DNA from: Callorhinchus milii
Lineage: Eukaryota
NCBI RefSeq assembly: GCF_018977255.1
Contig: NW_024704742.1
Coordinates: forward strand, 87,794,001-87,858,000
Length of the DNA stretch: 64,000 bases
Reading direction: 5' to 3'
The translations under genes were made by a program, and so were the position numbers. The notes under the pieces were generated by a model, which had not been told where the DNA came from, ran no database searches, and worked only from the letters and a program-made list of their open reading frames with translations. Within the stretch, counting starts at the first letter, position 1. The number at the start of each line of letters is the position of its first letter. Shown in pieces: positions 1-14,100 of this stretch.

Positions 1-3000
1 TGCTTTCACTCAACTGCAACCAACGCCAACCACGATTTAAAGCAGAGTCAACATTGTTTAAAGACAGTGATGCCATACTTACAGAACCATCAACTCATAG
101 GGAGACACAATGAGGGAATTGTTTTTCGATTGGGCTCCAGAAACTGAGCGTGTGGACCCTAGAATGAAGTCAGTGCTGGTCTCTGCCTATCCTCTGATGC
201 GCTGTGTCACATACAGAACACATGCAGGTCTGTTCAAGGGAGGATGTCCAGTTCATTTTAGCCCTTATTGAGAGGCATGCAGAGCTGAGAGAAGGGAATA
301 TTTATGTGAAGCTATCCAAAGGAGATAGAGCAGTAAATATTACTTTCAGTATTATGACTGTAATGGGAAATCCAACTCATGACTGACCCCACCAAAAGTA
401 CTGCACGTAACACGGCCTGGAATTTTTACCCAAAACATACCTTGTCACAAATTTCAATGAAACAACTCTTGGGTAAAAATTCCTTCTCTTTCCAAATAGT
501 TTTTGAGGCGCATTGAAAAATTCTAGGTGTAGTATCAAATGCAAGGATTATTGTCGTATATTAAAAAAATCCTCACTTGGCTGTTTGTGGGACAATTGTT
601 GGGTAAAAATTGGCTGCAGTGTTTGTGCAAATACAGTCACTGCACTTTACAGTAAAATAACCTGTGAAGAGATTTGAGACATTTTGTCAACGTGATAAGG
701 CACTACGTCAAATACAAGGATTATATTATCCTTTCTACAATACTTCCCATCCAGCACCATTCTTTCCAAGTGACAGACACATAGGATTGACAACCAACCA
801 TTCCAGGCCATTCAGGAGAAGATTGTCCATCAACAAACTACTAATGGTACAGTAAATTATCTAGGTCGCTTTCTTTTTTAAAAAAATATTATTAATGATA
901 ATAATCCCTACATTTGGTATATTGCCTTTCACATTGGAAGAGCACCCCAAATCGCTTCACAGGATATACTGTAAAGTGTGCAAAATTGTTTGTGGTAAAT
1001 ATGGTCTGTAGGTCCACGAACAGATGTTTATTTTCTTGCTTTAAAAATAACTTATTTCAATTTTCCTTCAAGGACACAATATTTTTTTTCCCTTGGGCTT
1101 TCGGAGAAAGTAATCACAGTAGTCTGTTCCTGGCACTGGACCAGGAAACAATACTGTATGGGAAAGGTCACTCAATCTCTGGCATTAAATAAGCAACCTG
1201 CACGTTCAAGGCACATCTGAAAATGTACATCTTTGAACGTGCGTTCAGTTATATTTCCCCTTGGCTCCCATCCCCAGCTTCCAAGCTTCATTAAAGCATT
1301 TTGTGATGTCCTCTTGATGTGAGAGGCGTAATAAAAAAAGACTTGCTCAGTTTGCATTGTTTTCTCTTTTGGATGATAATAAAATTGTACCAACTGAAGT
1401 GCTAAAAAAAATTTTTTTTTGCTAATCTCACCCAGAACAGCAGTGTTTAGGGGATGAACGGGGCAGAGAGTGTCAGCGATCACAATTGCTTTTAATGTCA
1501 CTGGACCAGTCAGGGGGGAAACTGGCCAGAATCCCTTCTCTTGAGTGGAGGCGTGTGTGTTTGTGTGTGTGAGAGAGAGAATCAGAACATTACCTGTGTG
1601 TCATGTTATTTCACAGATAGCACGCTTTTGACACAAACCAGGTAAACCACACAAACACAGCACCTGCACTTGATTTAGCATTCTGCCTGGACAAATAATC
1701 CTTGCAGTTGGTAAAATGCCTCTCATCTCTGAAGGATGTCCCAAAGCACTTTGCAGGATTTTGCTGTCAAGTTCATTGACTGGGCTATTTGCAGGGGAAT
1801 GCAGCAGCCAATTTGCACACAGCCATGTCCCACAAAGAGCAGGATTGTTGGTCAGACACTGTGAGAAACTCCCTTCTATCAAGTACTGCCATGGGAGCTT
1901 CAACTTCCAGCTGAACAGGCAGACGGGGCATCAGTTTAACATCTCATCCAAAGGATAGCACCAACATCAATGCAGCAATTGCATTGGACTATCAGCCTAG
2001 ACTGCATGAATTCAGGTCCCAACTTGGGGCTGGAACCCACAATCTTCTGAATTAGAGGTAAGAGTGCTACCAGCTGAGCCAGGCTGACGCACAAGAAACC
2101 AAGTTTTCATGTGAAAACTCCACAGCCTCCCTGATGGGGTGGACCTGAGTTCAAGGTCCATGTCATAATGTTCACAATCCAGGATGACAGACCAATGCAC
2201 TACTAAGGTAAAGTTGCATTGACTGAGATAATGTAATAATATTTACAGTTGATATAGCACCTTTTCATGTTGATGAATCTTCTCAAAGCGTTTGACAGGA
2301 TTTACAGTAAAATGTGTTGGGTGGGGGGAGAAACCAACACAAATGGTGCAGGACTTTTACCCTGGTTCCAATACATACATTTACATTTTGCCTATGTCTT
2401 TTGTAGGCAAAGATGGCATCCTATGTATGCAATTTTAATACCGAGGCCCCGCCCGCCTGTTCAGGTGGATGTTAAAGATCCCATGAAACAATTTGAAGAG
2501 AGAGGGTTGTTTCTTCCGAGGTGCAGCCTAACAAATCTCAAGACAAATTGTCCATTGATTTCACAGTTGCTTATGGGATATTCTGTCCGCATAACGACTG
2601 TCGTGTTTGTCTATTAAAAAAGTTACTATACGTAAGTGATTATCTATAAAATGAAACCTTTTTTTGGTCAGCCAAGTGGCAGCCGAAATGGAAACCCACC
2701 ACCATGCTTACGAATATCCAAACCAAAGTACAAAAGCACCACATGTGTACAGAAAATATTTTGATGTGATTTGGCTTCATAACAATTCAAATTCCTCCTT
2801 CCTTCTTGCAAATGAAGGTGATCGTTAAAGATCTGTGTGGGCTGGAAAGTGGAAAAGTCACTTCCTTGTGATAGCAAATAAATTAGAGAGACACTGAGAC
2901 ATCCACTATTCGTGACTCACAACATAGTGAAACTGCTGGCATTTCATTGAATCAGGCCATTTCTTTCTCTTTGCAATTCCAGAATTCCACGTTAAAGCAT

Positions 3001-5892
3001 GCCAGGAATACATGTGAATTTCCTGATTGAGATTTCCTTAGGCACCACCAGACAACAGTCATGGGGTCCAAGCAGAATCAGGAACAAAACTGAATTAAGA
3101 TCAGAACCCTCTCCGAATCACACTCACATGCTTCCTGCCAGATGTTCTACAGCAACCTTGGCGGAGATCCAGGGACAAGTTCTTCCCAGCACCGCGACCC
3201 CCAGCACCTCCCCCCAGCCCCCCCACCTGCTTCCTCCCCTGACTCAACCTCAGGCGATGCTAATACAATACAATTTACATTTATGTAGCGCCTTTCACAT
3301 CAGAGGTTTGTCTCAAAGCACTCAACACTGCTGACTGGGCACCTCAGCTGGAGGTGGGAGCTGGGTGGGTGAGGGGGTGGGGGGTGGGTGTAATCTTGTG
3401 GAAGGGGTGGGAAAATTGAGGGAGAAAATAAAAAACAGCCGGTTAAATTTATTGCAACATGTAAATCAAGAATTAAATTGTTAATATAATAAATGACAAT
3501 TTGAAATTACATTTCAACCTGTTGGTGTGGGGGGAGGGGGAGAAAACTTATTTTATTTATGTTTTGTTTTATTTAATGATAATAATAATTCTTGCATTTG
3601 ATACAGTGCCTTATCACATCATTGAAACGTCTCAAAGCGCATGACAGGAAAAACTGTAAAGTGGATTGACTGTGCATTTTGTAATGCGGCAGACAGTTGC
3701 GCTCAGCAATGTCCCACAAACAGCCAGAGTGATTGACCAATTTTATTTGGGGGATTGTTGTCTTAGACATCGGAAGAAACTCCCATCTCTTTTCAAGTTG
3801 TGCTATGGAATCTTTAACATCCACTTGATGTTAAACAGACAGAATCTTGGTTTAACATGTCATCACAACCGAAGCATCTCTCTTTCGCAGCTTTTTCTTT
3901 TAAGCTTGCTCAGCTGTCTCCCTCTCGTGTTTTCTTTTCCCCATCTTATTAAAATACCTATATTTATTTTAAATAATATACACAGATTATATTTGTAATA
4001 TAATATAAGTACACACATCATATTTGTAATATTATACGTACAATATATTTGTAAAATAAACCCTTGGTTTGCATCAGTTCTGCACTTGGTGTTTTTTCCT
4101 GAATCTAGGTCGACTGACACCATTTGAAATCATGTTAAAGGAGTCTCCTTGCAAGACAATCCCCCAGTGTGCAGTATTTCCAGCTCTTTCTGGAGCATGT
4201 GATTCTCTCATATCCTCAGGGCTCGCTCTCTCTCTCTTTTTAAAATGTATGTGTATGCAGACATAGCTGGACTGATGTGGGTTAATTAGTAAAGAATCTC
4301 GCATCTGTATGCACAATCCACGCTAGGTGATGCAGGCATGATCTTAATCCTTACATTTGGTGCTGTGCCTTTCACGTCGGGAGGACATCCCAAAGCGCTT
4401 CACAGTATACACTGTAAAGGGGAGGGGCTGTGCACATTTTGAGGTTGAAAGTGATACACTCGAATCAATCCCTTCGGTGTGTCGGGAGGTCTCCTGGGCA
4501 GAGGGCTGTGTGATTGCATACAGTTGTAAAGGCCGTGCAAGCATACAGTAACAACAACAACAACAGATTACATTTGTTACAGTGCCTTTCACATTGGAAG
4601 GACGTCCCAAGGCTCTGAAAGCAAACAAGAGGAATCTTACACATTGGAGTTTGGATCAGTGTCTCCTGCTGCTTACCAGAAGGGCATCACACCAATCTAT
4701 GGGACCTATGCACCAACATGTTAGCAGATCTTGCTGCAAAGCAGTGTAATGATGCACAGCTGGTGGGAACCCTATTTGCCGCTTCCTGTGTCTGATAGAT
4801 TTTGGATCATATTATAGTAATAGGTGGTGGTGAAAATATTCTTGGGGGTGGGGTGCGTGGGCCTGACTAGAAATGGGAGGGCACTGTCGGCAAGTTGGGA
4901 GAGGGGCAAGCGGGGGCCAGTGGGTGCTGGCAACATTACTGTTTTAAAAGCTAATCTTCACCACAGTCGCTTAGCCCGCAAGGTGCCACAGTAACTCGAT
5001 GTTCGTCTGCACCTGCAACACAAATTGACACCAGAGTCTCAAGGTCACTCAGACGGCACTAGACGACTGGTGTGGAAATGGAAACTAATCCCGTTAACCC
5101 AGCGAGGTTCCCCTGAATCAGAGCTGGGTAGAATGAGCTTTACATAAATACACACTTTACAGATATCCTGTGAAGCGCTGTGAGACATCTTGACAATATC
5201 GTAAGGCACTGAATCAAGTGCAAAGAATATTTTTATTATATGATATTATATTACTATGCATCTGACCCATGTTGTCCTGGACTTGGTGCTACCACTGGGT
5301 GCCAATAGGTAGAGCTGTTATATACCACAGAGTTCACCTTCGTCATTTTAAGGCACACAGAAATACACCAATATATACATCAATGTATATTTATGCAGGT
5401 TATGTTCCCTTGGGCTACCCTCGTTCAGCTCCTCTTAATAGCCCACACCAACGTATAGGCACTTCTATATAAGATGAGCATCTCAAAGCATTGCGGTGTT
5501 ACAGAATAGAACTGATAAAAGCCTGAAAACCTGCTGATTTATCAGACCTAATTGGGACATGACCCAGTGAGACGCTAGGAAGGTGAGAAACAAGATGAAA
5601 CTGTGACGACAGCCTCCAAGGTAATTCTTTGGTACACCTCAGGCTGGTCTAGCGAACTTAAAGGAACTTTTATCTTCCTCCAGCAGCTTCCAATGACATG
5701 TTCTTCTATCCCTCAGGCCACCACGACAGTGTTTTCATTGCACAACTATTCTCACCAACTTACTCAGCAAGGAGAGGCCAATGGTAGTGAGAGATTATTC
5801 CTGCTGGTTGGTAACAAAGGAAAAAAATCTCTGTATTTTTGCTACAACAACTTGCAGTTATAAACACTGGGCAGCGTATCGGAGGGCTTAAG

Positions 5893-6676
5893 CTCAGGTG
5901 CTGACAGCATCACCATCCATGGATGTACACTCCACCTTGCTAAGCCAGTCCGGAACCTTGGGGTCTTGTTTGAACCTCAACTATCCTTTCTACCCCACAT
6001 CTGCGCCATGACCCACTCTGTCTTCCCCCACCTCCACAACATCACCTTGCTCCACCACTGTCTCACACCACGGGCCGTCGAAACCCTCATACATGCTTTC
6101 ATTACATCGAGGCTCGACTATGCAAACTCATTGCTTGTTGGCCTCCCCAACTCCTCCCTCCATAGGCTGAGGAGCATCCAGAATTCTGCAGCCCGCATCC
6201 TCTCCTGCACCAGGCTCCGTGAACCTCTCACCCCCATCCTTGCCCGACTGGCTTCCCAGCACACAGAGGATACAGTTCAAGATCCTGGTCCTCACCTTCA
6301 AAGCCCTCCATAGCCTTGCTCCCCTTTACCTCTGCGACCTCCTAACCCCCTACCATCCTGCCCGCTCCATCCACTCAGCAGGCTCCAGCTTATTTCACAT
6401 CCCCTGCCTCGCTCGCCCCACTATTGGTGGGTGGACCTTCTGCCACTTTGCCCCCACCCTCTGAAACTCCATCCTGCAGTCCCTCCGCCTCGCCCCCTCC
6501 CTTGCCTCCTTCAAGACCCATCTCAAGACCCTCCTCTTCGACCATGCTTTCAATCTCCTTGCTTCCCTCCGCACTCCCCGACCTCAACACCTAGCTTGGG
6601 TCCGAAACACTGTCCAGCACCTTGGGATATTCTCCCAATATGAAAGGTGCTACACAAATGTAATTTTGTTGTTGTT
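5893..6676 (+). mobile_element. L2 LINE 3' fragment (a short minus-strand L2 piece follows at about 6680-6820)
   Basis: [21 protein letters not shown]...IQNSAARIL, IQFKILVLTFKAL; TTG tail. Confidence 0.9.
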
Positions 6677-7904
6677 AAATGGCGGAGCCTGACGCTGAAG
6701 CCAGGTGGAGGGAAGAGGTGACCATAAGCACGGTCGAAGAGGAAGATCTTCAGTTGTGAGCTAAAAGAGGGGAAGAGGGGCAAAGCGGAGGGATTGGGGA
6801 GAGAGTTCCTGAATTAAGGGGAGTGTGTATGTGCAGAGGCCTGCTGGACCTCAAATGGGGAGTACAAAGTAGGCACTCCACGCCATTAAGGAGATTTTAT
6901 ATTTTTTCACATAGCAGGTTATTACAGCATGGAACACTTTGCTATGATATTGTTGGCTGTGGCAAATGAGATCCTAACAACAATTAAGGAGGCACTGGAT
7001 AATTATTTGAAGAACAACAATATAGGCGGGTATTGAGGAGGGGGCAAAGAACGTAGATTTGAGTAAGATAGCTTCAGAAGAGGAGCTGGCACAAACACAG
7101 GCTTCATGTGCCCAAAAGCTTCTGCTCTTCTTTTATGCTGTATGGTTTATTATATAACTCTCCAACACTGCCAACGTGACAGCTTTATGTTTGAGAGTAT
7201 TGGATAAGCTAGGGCTCTTCATTCTTGAGAGAAGATGACTCAGATGGGACTTTATTGAGCTACATACATTTCAAATGGGATTGAAAAAGTAATCCCAGAA
7301 CAAGACGTCAGGGCGCACCAAGACAGTAGAACAAGAAGAGATAGGTTTAGACTAGTAAAGGGCAATTTCAGGCAGACACCAGGAAGGTTTACTTTACTCA
7401 GAGGGTAAATAAAGACTGGAACAGGTTTCCAGGAAAGGTGGTTGAGGCCAGGACACTGGACTCATTTTTAAAAAAAAAAGCAGATTGATGCTGTGATGGG
7501 GGGGACAGTAGGGTGGGTGTTCTGGAAGAATTAAATCAATGGACCTTCTTCATCTGAATGTGATCAATCTTGTGATTTTGTGAAATCCAGGTGCCATCCT
7601 TCTGAGCTGTAATGTGTACAATAACATAAAAGTCATTGTTGTAAATCTGAGTAAGAGGCAGCCGACTGATCTGCTGCCAGTTCAGTCCCATTGGCTCCAC
7701 AGTGTAAATGTAGTGAGTTTGACAAGATTGCCAGAGTACTGGATTACAGAAACATACTGAAAATATTGAGTGCTGTCACAGTGGGAACTGGTCACAGTGG
7801 GAACTGCCTATTAAGCGCAATTACTAGACTTTATCTTATTTTGCCCTTTATCTGTGAGTTTAGAATTTTTGCCAACATCAGTTTCACACTTTTATGTCAA
7901 CCTG

Positions 7905-8320
7905 CCTCAGCTGAGTCAGAAGTTTGTGGGTTCGGCCCCACATCATATTGACATCAGGCTGACACTCCAGTACAGTGTTGTGGGGGTGTTGCATCGTTGG
8001 AGGCGCTGTCTTTCAGATAAGATGTTAAACCGAGGTGCCACCTGCCTGTTGAGGCGATTGTTAAAGACCCCTTGGCACCATTCGAAAAGAGAAGGGAGTT
8101 TCTCCTGGTGTCCTAGACAACAATCCCCCAAATAAAATTGGTGATTCATTCAATGGTTGTTTGTGGGACATTGCTGAAGCAAATTGGCTGCCGCATTCGC
8201 CCACAAAATATACAGTCATTCTACTTTACAGCATATGCTTTGAAGCGCTTTGAGACGTCTTCCCGAGATGAAAGATGCTATATCAAATGCAAGAATTATT
8301 AATTATTACTATTAATATTA
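7905..8320 (+). mobile_element. Deu-domain-like SINE (SacSINE1/AmnSINE-related); other copies about 1690-2085 -, 3575-3870 -, 9180-9600 +, 27180-27490 +, 34170-34460 +, 35095-35430 +, 45440-45660 +, 59915-60240 -, 61265-61510 +
   Basis: Recurring core GATGTTAAACCGAGG...GTTAAAGATCCCATGGCA...GGAGTTTCTCC...GTGTCCTGG, then the shared 3' module. Family name is from recalled consensus, not from a search. Confidence 0.75.
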
Positions 8321-10826
8321 TTCACAATTGAAAAAATACAGTGAACAAATAGCTTGAATAGTACGTCTCCACTTTACTGAGGTGCCCACTGTATTAAATG
8401 GAGGGCAGATTCCATCTACTGATGTTTGCGCTCTGCATTGCTGTGGATTGTTTTAGAAGTGAGAAATCTATCAGTCCATCAGCGTGATGTTCCTACTATG
8501 AGCCTGTTCAAAATTGTCCTCACTATTGCTATCCAGAAGATCCCATCAGTCACCCTCTGTGCACCACTATACTTTCCCTCGCCCACCCACCCAACTAAGT
8601 CACTAAACAAGCTGCTCTATAAGGAATTGAGGCTTCTCGTTTCTGACATCAATGTGCAGGAATGTATTACGCATGGAGCATGAGATTCCTGTCAACACTA
8701 GGCCTTTAATAGCTTGGCGCGATGTTAAATGACAGACAGTAAATAATGCACTGTTTATTTTCTGCATTGATCAACTGGCAACATGAGAAAATAGCACTTG
8801 TCTGCCTTGTGGTGTGGCCTTGCCTATCTTTAAACCTCATAATCACACATTATAACAGTCTATGTCAGAGCATATTTATGCACGCCCAGTGACTAACCAC
8901 TGACAGAAGGGAGGTAACATGCAAGTTGCTCTGAGCAACATCCTTGCGTTTTGGGGATATGTTACTCTCCCTATGAGAGCACACACTCATAACCCTTCAG
9001 TCCCAATGTTCTTGCTTTGTCCTGAAGCCACCTGAGACTGATGTCATTCTGAGCTATAATGTGTACGATACCACATGCTGACCACGGTCAATGCTGTTAT
9101 TCACCAACCCTCCCATGGGCACAACAGCAGCTCGGTGGCGAATCCTTCCCTAACCTGTTGCTGAGTACTAGAGGTCAGTACAGCACTCAGTTGGTAGCAC
9201 TCTTGACTCTGAGTCAGAAAGTTGTGGGTTCAAGCCACATGTTGGAACTTTGAACTCATAGACTAGGCTGTCATTCCAATGCAGTGCTTGGGGTGTGCTA
9301 CATCGTCCTTCAGATCAGATGAAGAGATGTTAAATCGAGGTCCCGTCTGCTTCTTCAAGTGCACGTTAGAGATTCCATGGAAATCTTTGAAAAGGGAAAG
9401 GAGTTTCTCCCTATGTCCTGGGAAACAGTTACCCCAATAAAATTGATTATTCACTTCATGGCTGCTTGTGGGACATTGATGCGTTTGCCTACACTTACAC
9501 AGTCACTGTGCTCCACAGTAAAAATCCTGTGAAGCACTTTGAAACGTTTTCAGTGATGTGATGAAGTACTATATCTAATGCAAGAATTATGATTATTATT
9601 TTTAGACTGCTTATCTCAGTGCTGTTTATGGGATGTTAAGAGTGCAGATAAGCTGCCGTAATTGCCTATATAACAGTCACATAATTTCTACAGCGTACAG
9701 CACCTTGAGACATTAATTTGACACAGATGGCACTTGATAAGAGCAAGTGGTTGTTGTGCTGCACTTATATTCACTGTTGACTGAACTGAACTCAGCGTCC
9801 CAGGTTGCAGGGCATGTGATACAGGTGTGCTGTTATTGTTGTTAGCACTGTGCCATGAGACTACGTTTGAATTCTGGAATTTAATTCATTAGGGAAAGTA
9901 ACAAGCAGTCAATGACGTTAACTCATTGATTCAGGCATCTAAGGGAGGCATTCAGTTGTGTGAAGCATGTTGACTACTTGCCCAACAGCACGTACACACA
10001 GCAGGTAACTTGAATTCTTGGGCTGAAGGATGAATATTTTTCTGTGTGAAAGCCAAATGCATATACGCCTCCCATCTGGTGTGAGCCGTACAAAATATGT
10101 TTTATGTTTTCCCAAATATGCTTGTCAGCTTTCTGAAATTCAAAGATAAAATAATAAAATTCCCTTCATGGCTTCATGGTGTTCGCCTGCACAGTACTCA
10201 GTCACTAAACTTTACATGAAATGTAAGTATTATTATAACTGAAATACTAATAACTTTACCACCAGCCCTGGAGAGTTAACTAAGTTGCTTTCATGGAAGG
10301 CAGAAAATGTCTCAAGTAGAAGACTGATGCTTTGACTTTGTATGTATATTAATATCAAGCGACCTGAGATGTTGCCCCACGTGACGGCTGCTTTATACAT
10401 ACAACTTGTTGTTGTTGTTGTATTAGGAAGACAAAAATTTAGTGTTAAAACTACACCAAGAATTCATGTTTGTGTGTAGAGCTGGACTACTTTTCAACCA
10501 GAGGAGGCATGGTGAAAAATTGATACATATTGATAAGGGGAGAGGAAAACGTACTCCCAGTGAGGATGTAATGTACCAATAGGAGCAGGCATGAGAAATC
10601 CATTGAAATCCATTAGATATCCGTTTGGCTGCTCATTTCACACCGGCATCTCCTTGGAGTACAGAGTTAACCCCTTTTCCTTAATTAAAATTGAAAGAAA
10701 GAAATCATTTCTGGTGGTAACTCTGGTTTAAGCAGTATAAAAAAATAACTTGCATATTTATAGCTCATTACCAAAGGTAGTTACTGTCAAGCATAGTGTC
10801 TGTTAATGTAGATAAACATATCTTGC

Positions 10827-11185
10827 AGTCCTGTAGCTCAGTGGTTAGAGCACTCGCCACACAAGTGAGAGACCTGAGTTTGATTCCCGGCAGGGAGAAA
10901 TGTTGGGCAAATTTCCAAACTCCACATGCCTCTGTTTACCTAGCTGTAAGCAGGAACCCGGTTGTTATTCGATTGGCAGATCGCTATTCCAGGGGTAATA
11001 ATTCCTTAAAAAAAAATGCTTACTTAAATCCATGACTGTATGTGGAACACTACCGTGTACAATTCGTTGCTGTGTTTCGCCCACAAAATATACAGTCAAT
11101 TCACTTGACAGTATATTCTGTGAAGCACTTTGAGATGTCTTGAAGACGTGATAAGGGGCTATATCAAATGCAAGGATTATTATTT
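10827..11185 (+). mobile_element. Older full-length tRNA-headed SINE (other copies about 12358-12735 -, 35451-35800 +, 47210-47485 -, 51186-51540 +, 53287-53690 +, 57673-58040 +, 63620-63870 -)
   Basis: GTCCTGTAGCTCAGTGGTTAGAGCACTCGCC head, middle segment TCTGTTTACCTAGC...GATTGGCAGATCGCT, common 3' module and GGATTATTAT tail. Confidence 0.88.
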
Positions 11186-14100
11186 ATCATTATGGTCTTT
11201 AACAACAAGGCTCAAAAAGTGGAGCTCAAGCAGGAAGAATGGAGTTTTTCTCGGTGTCCTGGCCATCAATCTCCCAGATAAACCTGTTCATCCACTTTGT
11301 GGCTGTTCGGGGATATTGTTGTACACAAGGTGTCTACTGCATTTCGCCCACAAAATACACAGTCACTACATTTTATAGTATATCCTGCGAAGTGCTTTGA
11401 GGCATCTTAAAGTCGTGATAAGGAGCTATATTAAATGTAAGAATTATTATGATTATTATTTTATCTATAAAATACAGTGTCTACACTTACAGTAAATCCT
11501 TTGAGACAACTTGATGACAATGATAAGGCACTATATTAAAATACAAGGATGATTATTAAGTTCCCACCAAAAGCAGTGAAGTAAATCGTTAATTTATCTG
11601 GAGGATTATTGGCTAGGACCTGGGAGATATGTCCTTAGTGTCATTGGATCTTTAACATCTACCTGAATGGGGGTAGGACGTCTGTTTAATATCTTATCTA
11701 AAAAACCTTAGTATATTGGAGTGCTGGTCAGGACTGTCAGCTCAAAGCATAATGCTTAAACCCACAAGCAATTTGACATGTCGCGCAGATGGGATAAGGT
11801 ACTGTATCAATAATAATAATCCTTGCATTTGATATAGTGTGTCATTGAGATGTCTCAAAGAGCTTCACAGAATATATTGTAAAGTGGACTGACTGTGTAT
11901 TTGTGGGCAAAACTGATTATTATTATTATAACCTTCTGACCCAGAATACCAGCAACTGAGTCAGGCTGACACACAGGACAGCTATATGTGCAGTCAACTC
12001 ACCAAATTTTTAACTGAATGACATTCATTTTGATAGTTAAATGTATTAAAATATATAGCAATTTGTTTCTTTAAAACAAAACATCCCATTACATATTTTG
12101 CAGTTAGGCATCATATTAAGAAACTTTTGTCATGGCTTTGACCTCACAGTCTAAGATGACACCTCTCTAATTTATTCACACCCCACTCCTCTACCCGTTC
12201 CCTTTGCTTGGCCGACTCAGATTAGGAGGATTTTTTTTACACAGAGAATTGCTGGGATGTGGAATGCCCTGCCAATTGTAGTGGCCGAGACAGAATCCAT
12301 ATTCGCTTTCAAGAAGGAGCTGAATAGATATTTAAAAAGCAGTAATCTGCAGGGGTATAATAATAAAAATACTTGCATTTGATTTAGCGCCTTATCATGT
12401 CATTGAGATATCTCAAAGTGCTTCACAGAATATACTCAAAGTGAATTGACTACATTTTGTGGGTGAAAAGCGGTAGCCAATTGGGCACAGCAGTGTCCCA
12501 CAAACAGTCGTGGATTGAGTGACCAAATTATTATTATTTCTCAAAAAAATTTAAGGGATTATTATCCCCGGAAAAGCGATCCATCAATCGACTAACAACC
12601 AGGTTCCTACTTCCTACTGGATAAACAGAGGCTTGTGGAGTAAGGAAACTTGTCTAACATTTCACCTTGCCCAGGAAACTAATTTAGGTCCTCTCGCTTG
12701 CCAGTCGAATGCTCTAACCAATACATTGCAGGGCTTCAAAAGCAAAGGCCAGGTTAATAATGTTAGATGGATTGCTCTTTCAAAGAGCAGCAAAGCCTTC
12801 TTCTGTGCTATAAATTCCTATGGTTCAGTGGTTGATGAAGTACAATTGCACCTTACATCACTGATCAATTTTTATGTAAAGCACATTCTATGGTTTTGGG
12901 TGTTAACGCCATACTTAACATACATGTATAAAGAGTTTTCCTATCTCGCCAATTGCTTTGGCAGGAGCTTATTTCTGTCATAAATTAGTAAATTAATCAT
13001 ATAATGTAATCCAATAATAATCTTTGCATTTGATATAGCACTTTATCACTTTGTTGAAATGTTTCAAAGTGTTTCACAGGATTCACTGTAAAGTGCAGTG
13101 ACTGTATTTGTAGGCAATTAATGCAGCAGCTAATATTGCACACTGCAAGTCCCACAGTAAGCCAAAAAGTATTCATCTGCCAGTTACGTCTGGTGGATTG
13201 TTGGCCAGGACACCAGGAGAAACTCCCTTGTTTTTGAAAAGTGCCACGAGATGTTTATTCTGATCACATTGCTCAAGGTGTTACTGCAGGTAAAATAAGT
13301 CTGGGTTTTCACCTTGAATTATTTAACCCTATAAGGTTTGTATGTAATAATGAATCCTAATTGATGATTACTCACTTTATGCCAAGCGAAGCACACACAC
13401 ACCAGCCTTGAGGCAGATAGATTGAGACTGGAGACTGTTGAATGTAATTCAGTCAGTTTTCAGATTTCATGGGCTAGGAGCATTTGGAGCTGATATGGTC
13501 AAAACTTCGCAAGTGCATTGTTTGCACCCGCACTCAGGAGGTGAAATGCCATGGGACGCTGCCTACCAGATTCTGATGTTATTGCCTGCTTGAAAATGAC
13601 CCTGCTTATAGCCCCTGATCCATAATTAATCTGCACACTTATACAATGAACCCAATTTGAAGCTGAATGCTAACAGTTAAACAGACAAGGCTTAGAGAAC
13701 CACCAACTAAAGTGCCAAATAAGCACCGAGGAAGAAGTGTCAAATCATGGACGCTTTGAAATGCCAAGAAAACCCAGTAAAACCTACTGGACGGAGGTGA
13801 AATTTCTCCCCTTAAGTGAGAAATCTAATAGGTTTTGTTTAGAAATACACCACTGCAGTTTTTTCCCCAAGAAAATCATTTATTACATAACAAGGGGTCA
13901 ATAACATGGAAAGAGCTCCAAAGTCACCTTTGATCACTGGGGCACACTGCAGTCCGTAAAATGTATAATGTGGTAAACTCTTATCAAGAATATGGTCTGG
14001 TAATGAATGGAACATGCTGTTCTCCTTAGTAGGGCTCACATTGTAAATAAATACTCCATCCAGGGACTTGAATAATACAGAAAGCTGTGGAGACACACAC

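Noticed and set aside
7774..7805. Exact 16-bp tandem duplication GTCACAGTGGGAACTG x2
   Set aside because: Isolated slippage duplication with no further structure.
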